Shown here: piece after piece, positions 1 to 8,223 of the stretch
Layout: each line of letters opens with the position of its first letter
Numbering within the stretch: position 1 is the stretch's first letter
From: Xanthomonas phage RTH11
Strand: one strand, 5' to 3'
Sequence record: OQ790161.1
DNA length: 40,000 bases
Notes under the pieces: model-generated
Database searches by the model: none
Told to the model about the DNA's origin: nothing
Seen by the model: the letters and a program-made list of their open reading frames with translations, nothing else
Position numbers and translations under genes: made by a program

Positions 1-1786
1 TGTCGTCGTCGTACACGGTCTGCAGACCGGGCCAGAAGATCGAACGCATGTCGTAGGACTGCGCCCAGATCAGGCCATTGCGCCAGTCCTGCTGACGGAC
101 GTTGGCGTTCTTGAACACGACGTTCAGGTTCTTGAACTTCTGGATCTGGTTGTTCGGGGGCATGTCGAATGCCGCCGCAGCGTTCCAGATGCCAGTGCCG
201 GCGCCCATGTACGCCGCAGCCTTGGCTGCGAATTCCACGGTGAGCGGCAGGTGCTTCTGGCCGTTCGGGCCCTTGTACTTCGAACCGATCAGTTCACCGG
301 CATGGCCGACGATCAGCGCACGGCACACCGGGGTGCCATGGATGGTCGATTCCGGGTACAGGCGAGCTGCGTTCTTCAGGGTGATCGCGATCGAGGACTC
401 GGCCGAGGGCGAGTTCATCGGTGCCGAAGCGTCCTGGGTACCCAGGATGACCGCGATGTCCTTGCGCAGGCCCAGCGGGGTCAGCATGGCCAGCTTGGTG
501 TCCAGCGGGTAGCCCGAGTCGTAGTAGAACGCCATCGGGTAACGCGCATCGTCCAGCAGGTCCGCTTCCAGTTGACCGTAGTTGCGCATCTCGTTCTCGA
601 CGAGTTCCGCATGGCTGGCGAAGGTCATGGTGCCGTCGGAACCACCAGCAGCCCACACAGCGGTCGAGTCGGTGAAACGCAGACCGCCGGTGGCGGCGCC
701 TTCCAGCTCGTAGCTGTAGTACGGGGTGCCTTCCGGGCTGGTACCATTGACCAGGTTGACCAGGTGCAGGAATTCGAGTCTTCATCGATCTCCAGTTCCG
801 GCAGCAGGCCCAGCGGGGCTTCGGTCGAAGCGACCAGCGCCAGCAGAGCTTCCAGGTTGCTGTGGTAGACCTTGATCTTGCCGAAGTCGCCGTAGATCGG
901 GGACATACCCGAGGCCGGGTCAGCCGACTGGTAGGCATCCATGAAGATGTCTTCCAGCGAGATTTCCTGGTCGTTGACGGCATTGATCGCGCCGGCCTTG
1001 AACGCGAAGTCCAGGCTCTGCTCGCCGCTCAGGGTTTCGGTGACGTTCACCGTCGACTCGGCGTCCAGGCGGTTGACCAGGGTCAGGCGATACACGTAGG
1101 CCTTGACGGCCGAGACGAGGTCACCATTCAGCGGGTTGCCGGACTGGAGGGAGGGGGGCGGTCAGGCGCACGCCGATGTTGTTGCCGTAGGAACCGAAGA
1201 AGTTCGCTTCCAGCTCCAGCACCGGGTACACGGTCGACTGCACGTCGGCCGAGGAGGTGATCGAACCGGCCTTGGTCGAGACAGCGCCGAACTCTTCGAC
1301 GGTCTGGCCAGCGGTCCAGTCATTGACGACCCACTTGGCACGGTAGCCGGCGATCTTGCCAGCCGAACCGGTCAGCGGGATCTTGGCGCCCTGGGCGTCG
1401 AGCTTGAAGCTCTTGTCGGCGTTGCGCTCGTACTGCTGGATCTGGTCCGCGACGATGTCGAGGCTCAGCAGCACACGGGCGTTCGGGCCGGCATCGGCCG
1501 GCTTCAGACGCTGCACGAAGCAGAAGTTGCCGGCGCCGAGAACTTCGGCGAGCAACGCGCTCTGGTGGTTGAAGTACGGGTAACGCGGATCCAGGCTCTT
1601 GGCGCCGTAGATGGTGTTGAACGACTCGCCCGTCAGTTGCGGCAAGGTCGGACCCCATTCGGCGAAGATGTGGGAGTGCGGCAGGTGGGTGGGAATCTGT
1701 TCGGCTTCGCGGACGGGAGCGCGGCGACTCACGTCCTTCTTGCCGGTCGAGATGAACATGGGAGCGGCGCTGATGACGTTGCTCAT
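1..1786 (-). CDS. Tail sheath-like protein, 3' part cut by window edge; reading frame interrupted by two compensating single-base shifts
   Basis: Starts MSNVISAAPMFISTGKKDVSRRAP; contains ELEANFFGSYGNNIGVRLTAP, YRLTLVNRLDAESTVNV and downstream ...YPMAFYYDSGYPLDTKLAMLTPLGLRKDIAVILGTQDA...AAAFDMPPNNQIQKFKNLNVVFKN. Frames 1121-1786 and 1-~780 are the same, with the middle (~785-1150) offset by one base. Sheath assignment from overall character only. Confidence 0.62.
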
Positions 1787-1869
1787 ATTGAAAAAGCTCC
1801 TGAAAACTGGGACCAGTTCGAACCTGAATCAACACAATTCCCGGAACGCGACTCCGGAAATAAAGCAGG

Positions 1870-1898
1870 TTGACACAGGCAGTGCTGACTAATGCTAT
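1870..1898 (+). promoter_or_regulatory. Candidate sigma70-like promoter (TTGACA - N17 - TGCTAT) in the divergent intergenic region, reading rightward
   Basis: TTGACA at 1870-1875 and TGCTAT at 1893-1898, upstream of the ORF beginning at 1998. Confidence 0.4.
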
Positions 1899-1997
1899 AG
1901 CAGTGGAGTGATGTCGCGCATCATAGTAATACACGCACAACATCTACTCAGAACCCGCTATAGGTTTTTCGATTAAATTTCACAGCAGGAGTGCGAC

Positions 1998-2904
1998 ATG
2001 TTCCTCACCCCGTACCAAACAACTGCGTGCTCTGCGACCGCTGGATTGCCTGCGATCGCCAGCGCGCTTCAGCGTGCCGCTGTGCATGAGGATCTGCCCC
2101 CGGCGGTGACGCTGAAAGAGAACGTCCTTGAAGGGGTGTTCTTGGTACCCCCATACCTTAAGGAAATCAAACCCTTTAGTTTGCCCATCGACTTTGACGG
2201 ACCCAACGGTCTGGCCGTAGCGGTGGACGTGCGAGGGATCACCAAGCAGGTCGGCGAGCGTCAGCTCAAGATCGTGGCCGGCGGGGGAGTACGAAGGCGC
2301 TGTCCTGCGCGCCGCGCTCACCAAGGCGTGGATCCAGGGCGGCTCCAAAGAGATGCGTCGCTGGAATGACATCAGTGCTCGCGTCTTCATCCGACTGCTG
2401 AGCGAAGCGCTGGTGCGCCGCCTGAGTCTGGGCCCGGCAGAACAACAAGCCATCGCCGCCGTGTGCGGCCTGTTCTATTTCTCCAACTTCGTCCAAGGCG
2501 AAGTCGATGCCGAGGAGAAGGAACGAATCGCTGTGGCTGTCTCGCGCATCACGCGCATCAGTCCCCAGTCGGTCATGCGCTTTTACGAAGGCGATGTCCC
2601 GCAGGCTGATTCGCTCGATGGCTTCTGCAATGCCCTGCGTCATGTCGTGCAGAACCCGCGACTGGAGCGAGTGGATGCAGCCTTCATCATCACCTTGATG
2701 GGTGGTGTGTGGTTCGGCGGTCAAGCTCGTATGGTAGTGGCTGTGGCTCTGGAATATCCGCCGGTCTGGTTGGCCCTGATCTATCAGGCCCTGACCGATC
2801 GCAGCTTCCATGGTGCCAGCCTGACCAAGATGGTCGAGACCGAAAACCGTGGCAACGCTGGCGCGCAGTTCATTCGCGACGTTGGCTCCTACCTGGACCT
2901 CTAA
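1998..2904 (+). CDS. Hypothetical phage protein, probably one gene broken by a +1 base in a G5 run
   Basis: Start preceded by CAGGAG; frame 1998-~2285 continues in frame +1 as EYEGAVLRAALTKAWIQGGSKEMRRWNDISARVF... to the stop at 2904. Confidence 0.65.
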
Positions 2905-2908
2905 GGCA

Positions 2909-5494
2909 ATGAGTGATTACCTGATCAATCATGCGGTCACCAATGTCTGGTGCACGCCCAATCAGGATCTGCAGGTCACTTATCGTCCCCAGCGCATCTC
3001 CAACCCGCGCGGTGTTCGTGAACGGATGTCCCACATGTGGGGCTCCGTTTTCATGCCAACGGCAACGGATGTGTATCACGTCTATCAGATCGGTCAGTAC
3101 CAGCCCTTCCTCATCGGACTCAGTCCGGTGCGTGGTAAGTGGCGTTCGCTGGCAGATCTGATGAACGAGGAATCGCTCTTCTCGGACCTGTACACCGTCG
3201 ATGGTATTCACCTGAGCCGGTTCCACACCTTCGTGATGGTGACCCCCGAACAGAACGTGCTGGTGGCGGTGCGTGATCAAGCCAAGATCGTCAACCTCAA
3301 GACGGCTGTGCTTTACCTGCGCCTGTATTCCAACTCCTTCTTCAACTCGCCCCGTTCGGACGACTACGCCCATGGCATCGTCTGTCGCGGTGCCCGTGTG
3401 ATGACCTCGGCCCAAGCGCTGAACGTCCAACGCGATTACTTGGAGATGAAGGCCCGTCCCCGTGGTTACACCTGGCTCTACGTCAACGGTGTGTATCGCG
3501 ACGACTACCGGCCTGCCGATTTCCAAGCCGGCGATTACGTCGAGTTCGTCCATGACAGCTCGGTCAAAGCAGTCAAGGAATTCAACATCCGCGACCTGCC
3601 GACTTTTGATAGCATCAAGGACAGCAAGCGTAAGTATCTGCTCCATTATGCCGGCAACCAAGTCGGCGGTGTGGGCATCGATTACCGCGACGACATCGAC
3701 CTGTACCTGATCAAGCCTGCGGCCAACAACCGCTACACCGGTGTGTACTACCACAAGAACAACGACGACGCTTTCCGACAGGTCACTCACCGTGACTACT
3801 CGATGGTGGTTGATTACGTGGTGGCCCATCAGCAAGCCATGCTCCCGCGGGGCTGGACGAACATCAACGACCTCAAGGTGCAGATGTTCATCCGTCACGG
3901 TGGCTACTCCCGACCGCTGGTGTTTGAACACCATCGTATCCAGGAACTGTACAAGCTGCCCGACGCGAATATCCGTCAGGCGCTGTTGGGTCTGGACTCG
4001 GTCGTGGATGTCTGGCGCGCTGATCAACTGGAGAACTCGGAGTACATCGAGATCATGGACGCACGCAAGCGTCAGATCACGATCGAGCGAGTCAAGGAAG
4101 CCTACGGTTACAACGCCATTGCCAAGCTCATCGGCGACACCCCGAGCAAGGTGCAGAACATGTCCGGTCGTCGGGCCGTCTCCTTGCCGTATGGCACGCA
4201 GGTGGATTCCACGGCCTATGAGATCGACAGTGCTGGTAAGCTGATCGCCTCGTACATCCATACCTCCGGTGTGGAGTACACCCCCTTCAATGCCAACTGC
4301 GCAATGGTCGAGATGATCATCGGTCGTGGCGGGCAGAAGTTGGACATGGTCTTCAACACCCAGGACGTGCCGGTCAATCCGAAGTACTCCTACCGCTTCT
4401 ACATCGCTCCGATCGCCCATGGCGAACTGCGCAATGATCAGTGGGCCGATGTCACCGGTGACAACACCAAGTACGAGATCATCAACGGCAAGGTGCATTG
4501 GTTGGTGGACCTGCAATACAACGCAGTGTGCGTCAAGTCCGATGCGTTCTTCTTGAACTACGAGCTGAACCTGCCGGCCGACAACGGTCTGCTGCGGTTC
4601 ACGGTCACAGCGACCAACACGTGGCAAGGTGGGCAGGCCCTGTCCAATCCGTTGTATATCCCGCCCGGTCGTGTGGATGTGTGGATCAACGATGAGGTGC
4701 TGGTCGAAGGACTGGACTACCTTGTGAAGTGGCCGCAGATCGTGGTGACCAACAAGCAGTTCCTGCGTGATGGCCAGACCCAGAAGATCCGTGTGCGTGG
4801 CACCGGCTTCTGCAACGCAGACCTGTCCCGTGTTCCGCCCAAGGAAGTCGGGTTCGTGCGCTGGGGTAAGCTCTCGCGCAACACCCGTTACGACCTGCGC
4901 GATGATCGCGTGGTGCGTCTGGTGGTCAATGGTCGCACGTTCCATCGTGACGATGTGTACTTCACCGAAGGTGATCCGTCCTTGTGGATGAACAACGTAC
5001 CCAACGGTGCGCCGTACATCCTGGAGGACTTGGTCGTGCCGTTGCGTCAGGTGATCAGTGATGACACCTACGACTTCCGCGCCAAGTCGCTGGAGGTGGA
5101 TCAGAAGGTCTCTGACTACCTGACCATGAAGATGCCCGAGCCGATTCCGGCCAACCCGGATCCGATCTTGGAGCGCTACGCGGTCTACAGTCCCTTTGCA
5201 GCTTCGGTCATGTACGACCTGCTCACCGAGCGGTTGTCCACCGAGAAGTTCCGGGGCCAGTACAGCGATCAGGAAGTGCGCACGTTCTTGAGCAGTTACG
5301 AATGGTTGCTCGACTTCGAGCCGACGCGGACTCAGCTGGATCTGTCCCATGTGGCCGTGCACCCGCACGATCGCACCACGGTGATCGAACTGGACGCCTA
5401 CCAGTACATGCTGCTCAACCGCGCCATCAAGATCTTCCTGGAAGACAAGGTGGACATCACGCGCTTCGTGCGTATCAAAGCTTCCTTCATCTGA
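2909..5494 (+). CDS. Large virion/structural-type protein (861 aa)
   Basis: Long ORF; likely start MSDYLINHAVTNVWCTPNQD 4 bp after the previous stop; located in the structural cluster. Confidence 0.65.
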   Translation: MSDYLINHAVTNVWCTPNQDLQVTYRPQRISNPRGVRERMSHMWGSVFMPTATDVYHVYQIGQYQPFLIGLSPVRGKWRSLADLMNEESLFSDLYTVDGIHLSRFHTFVMVTPEQNVLVAVRDQAKIVNLKTAVLYLRLYSNSFFNSPRSDDYAHGIVCRGARVMTSAQALNVQRDYLEMKARPRGYTWLYVNGVYRDDYRPADFQAGDYVEFVHDSSVKAVKEFNIRDLPTFDSIKDSKRKYLLHYAGNQVGGVGIDYRDDIDLYLIKPAANNRYTGVYYHKNNDDAFRQVTHRDYSMVVDYVVAHQQAMLPRGWTNINDLKVQMFIRHGGYSRPLVFEHHRIQELYKLPDANIRQALLGLDSVVDVWRADQLENSEYIEIMDARKRQITIERVKEAYGYNAIAKLIGDTPSKVQNMSGRRAVSLPYGTQVDSTAYEIDSAGKLIASYIHTSGVEYTPFNANCAMVEMIIGRGGQKLDMVFNTQDVPVNPKYSYRFYIAPIAHGELRNDQWADVTGDNTKYEIINGKVHWLVDLQYNAVCVKSDAFFLNYELNLPADNGLLRFTVTATNTWQGGQALSNPLYIPPGRVDVWINDEVLVEGLDYLVKWPQIVVTNKQFLRDGQTQKIRVRGTGFCNADLSRVPPKEVGFVRWGKLSRNTRYDLRDDRVVRLVVNGRTFHRDDVYFTEGDPSLWMNNVPNGAPYILEDLVVPLRQVISDDTYDFRAKSLEVDQKVSDYLTMKMPEPIPANPDPILERYAVYSPFAASVMYDLLTERLSTEKFRGQYSDQEVRTFLSSYEWLLDFEPTRTQLDLSHVAVHPHDRTTVIELDAYQYMLLNRAIKIFLEDKVDITRFVRIKASFI

Positions 5495-5599
5495 CCTTTG
5501 ACTTTGCAACAGGCGGCGCTGACCCTTGCGGGTTAAGGCTACTACTTACTAGTGGTTGGCGCCGCCGCTTTGCAAGTCCGCCCTTAGGACACTGCAACC

Positions 5600-7309
5600 A
5601 TGTCGAACACCGTGCTTCCCGCGACGGTCATCGTGGACCCCAACCGGGGCTACCGCGAATGGCTGATCAGCGAAATCTACGCACCGGGTAATGCCTCCAG
5701 CCAAGGCCAGTACGTCCCCAACAAGGACGACTCGGTACGCGACTGGACTCTGGGCATCCTGCGTGTGGTCTCGGTGGATTACACCACCGGCATCTCCATC
5801 CTTCAGAAGTGGTCCGAACCCCGCGATCCGGGTGTGGTCACTGACGAAGACATCCTGCTGGGCGCAGGACCGGGCACCCAGTCCGAGTCCTACCGCACCT
5901 ACCTGGATCAGTCGGTCTTCCCCCATACCCTGGCCTGCGATGCGCGCCTGCGCTTCTATGGCACCACCACCCATTCGATCAAGATCTTCCGCGGCGTTGA
6001 CATCTCCAACAACGGCGAAGTGATCTCCCAGTACTATGACTCGGCCGGCAACTTGCTGGGCGAGAACATTCCGCTGGAGCTGGTCAAGGAGTTCCGCGAC
6101 GGGGTGGTCGTTCCGGGTGAAGCCATCACGCTGGCCAACAAGGCGATCAAGTCGCCGATGGTCGGTCACACCACGGCCAAGCTCACCGATTACGAAGTGG
6201 TCACCATCGTGGCCTACGACGTGGCCGGTCAGCCGGTCAGCCAAGCCAAGACCCTGATCAAGAACACCGCCTTCGTGCGCCAGACCGATGCCTCGCTCAA
6301 GTACGTGGCCCACATCTCCGTGGAAACCCCGTTCCTGCTGGCCTCCGATCCGCACGTGATCGAATACCCGATCAACATGCCGGTGGACAACCTGAACCTG
6401 ATGGGCCGGGTGACGTACTCGGACGGCTCCAGCTTGCTGATGCCGGTCGATAGCACCAAGTTCACCATGGCCGGGCTGCGCAACTTCGTGGCGACGATCC
6501 AAGGCCAGACCGTGGACCTGATGCTGTCCTATCAGCTCAGCGACGGTGAGTCGGCCTACCTGCATTCGCCTTCGCCCAACGGCAAGATCAATGTGGCCTA
6601 CCAGGCACGCACCAAGGAATCCGATGGCGCCTACTCCGTCAAGCTGTTTGCCTACCCGATCTGGGTGGACCAGCTCAACGGCTACCGCCTGGAGTACCTG
6701 CTGTACAACCTGGATCGCAAGCAGGTCTACCGCGTCACCAACCTGATCACTCAGGCTGCCAACTCCGCCCCGTTCGATCCGTTGCTGTACAACGTCAAGC
6801 AGCGCATCAACGTCGGTGTGAACATGAATCAGGTCGATCCGCTGTTCGACAACTGGCGTCACACCCAGCTGTTCGAGATCACCCTGATCCGTCCGGGCAA
6901 CCAGAACGTGGGCGACAACTGGACTGTGGGTTACACCGCAGGTCAGGATCCGGCCTACGGCATCAAGGTCAAGGCGCTGTCCACCTTCATCAACGTTGGC
7001 AACGCTACGCTGGACATCAGCTGCGGTGCCGAGACGCTGGAAGAGTGGCTCAACACGGTGTACTACCCGACCCAGCCGCTGTACGACGCCCGCACCGAAA
7101 CCGGTCCGCTGGTGCCGAACTTCTTCGTGCTGGTCTCGGAGAACAACCGCATCGAGCTGCCGATCGGCGACTGGAACAAGACCATCACGGTCGAGCGTAC
7201 TCCGGCAGAAGGCAAGCTGGTGTACATCGAGTTCCTGCGCAAGATGGCAGACAACGATCTGCAGTTGGCCGTGGCGGGTTTGATCACCCACCAAGTGCCG
7301 GCAACATAA
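5600..7309 (+). CDS. Virion/structural-type protein (569 aa)
   Basis: Long ORF MSNTVLPATVIVDPNRGYREWLISEIYAPG...; beta-rich composition; followed by a terminator hairpin. Confidence 0.6.
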   Translation: MSNTVLPATVIVDPNRGYREWLISEIYAPGNASSQGQYVPNKDDSVRDWTLGILRVVSVDYTTGISILQKWSEPRDPGVVTDEDILLGAGPGTQSESYRTYLDQSVFPHTLACDARLRFYGTTTHSIKIFRGVDISNNGEVISQYYDSAGNLLGENIPLELVKEFRDGVVVPGEAITLANKAIKSPMVGHTTAKLTDYEVVTIVAYDVAGQPVSQAKTLIKNTAFVRQTDASLKYVAHISVETPFLLASDPHVIEYPINMPVDNLNLMGRVTYSDGSSLLMPVDSTKFTMAGLRNFVATIQGQTVDLMLSYQLSDGESAYLHSPSPNGKINVAYQARTKESDGAYSVKLFAYPIWVDQLNGYRLEYLLYNLDRKQVYRVTNLITQAANSAPFDPLLYNVKQRINVGVNMNQVDPLFDNWRHTQLFEITLIRPGNQNVGDNWTVGYTAGQDPAYGIKVKALSTFINVGNATLDISCGAETLEEWLNTVYYPTQPLYDARTETGPLVPNFFVLVSENNRIELPIGDWNKTITVERTPAEGKLVYIEFLRKMADNDLQLAVAGLITHQVPAT

Positions 7310-7316
7310 GCACCCG

Positions 7317-7350
7317 CCCAGTAGAGGAGCTTCGGCTTCTCTACTGGGTC
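7317..7350 (+). terminator. Intrinsic terminator-like hairpin with UUCG loop
   Basis: CCCAGTAGAGGAGC-TTCG-GCTTCTCTACTGGG, 14-bp stem with one G-U. Confidence 0.75.
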
Positions 7351-7434
7351 TTATGGTGTCGATGTCTTTTAGTGATACTGTTCTGCTATGAGCCATGCTG
7401 CTGCTACTATATGTGAAGCCCTATTGGACCTATT

Positions 7435-8223
7435 ATGCAGTCAACCAAATTGGAATGGCGCGAGATCCCTGGAGTAGACAAAGCGTTTGTGGTAAGCAAT
7501 GAAGGACGCGTCTACAACCGGGTGCGCCATCGGTTGATTCGCACTTACTTCAATCACAAAGAGTACGTCATGGTCAGTGTCAGGTCTGAGGATGGACGTC
7601 CTCTCACCTGCGCACTCCACCGACTGGTTGCCTTGGCGTTCTTGGAACGACCTGAGCGCCATCGTGACAAGGACTACTCCGAACTTCAGGTCAGTCACCG
7701 AAACGGCAACAAGGTCGTTAACAGTGTCGACAACCTTGAGTGGGTCACGCCCACTGAGAACATGGCACTGGCTAGAGCATCGGGGTTCTTTGATAACGAA
7801 CTGCCCGTACTGGCCAAACCCAACCGGGGGAAAATCAAACACTACCCCAGCGTTGCCGAATGTGCCCGTCAACACAACCTGCAACCCGTAGACCTGTGGC
7901 GACATCTCACCTCTCCCTACGCAGGGATGATCGAGGCTGACGATTGCCGCTACAAACTTGACAATCAATCCCCATGGCCCAGTCAATGGACCGTACCTGA
8001 TCCGTCCATTCGAATCGGTATGGCCTGTGACTGCGTGGGTGAGAACGTTGAGACCGGTCTCAAACTGATCTTCGTCTCGTTGGCACAAGCTGCCAACTAT
8101 CTGTCCCTCCCACTGACGCCGCTTCGTCTATCTCGTTCGAGAAAAGGCTTTGACGTGCCCTTTAAGGGATGGATCTTCTACTCGCTGAGCGGACGACCGC
8201 TCAGCCGCAAACTCAAAGGGTGA
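7435..8223 (+). CDS. NUMOD4-HNH homing endonuclease-like protein
   Basis: EWREIPGVDKAFVVSNEGRVYNRVR (NUMOD4-like) followed by VMVSVRSEDGRPLTCALHRLVALAFL...LQVSHRNGNKVVNSVDNLEWVTPTENMALA (HNH). A later segment YPSVAECARQHNLQPVDLWRHL resembles a NUMOD1-like DNA-binding repeat. Confidence 0.85.
   Translation: MQSTKLEWREIPGVDKAFVVSNEGRVYNRVRHRLIRTYFNHKEYVMVSVRSEDGRPLTCALHRLVALAFLERPERHRDKDYSELQVSHRNGNKVVNSVDNLEWVTPTENMALARASGFFDNELPVLAKPNRGKIKHYPSVAECARQHNLQPVDLWRHLTSPYAGMIEADDCRYKLDNQSPWPSQWTVPDPSIRIGMACDCVGENVETGLKLIFVSLAQAANYLSLPLTPLRLSRSRKGFDVPFKGWIFYSLSGRPLSRKLKG

Noticed and set aside
777-1160. Programmed ribosomal frameshifting in the sheath-like gene
   Set aside because: Two opposite one-base shifts that restore the original frame, one in a G6 run, fit sequencing indels better than recoding; no slippery heptamer plus downstream structure was evident.
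2870-7396. 879-aa and 615-aa antisense ORFs over the structural genes
   Set aside because: Shadow ORFs caused by strong G/C third-position codon usage; no start-signal context or neighbouring co-directional genes.
8169-8219. Upstream TerL start at 8169 (MDLLLAERTTAQPQTQR)
   Set aside because: This stretch overlaps the HNH coding sequence in another frame and looks like noise; GTG 8220 or a spliced exon fits better, though not proven.
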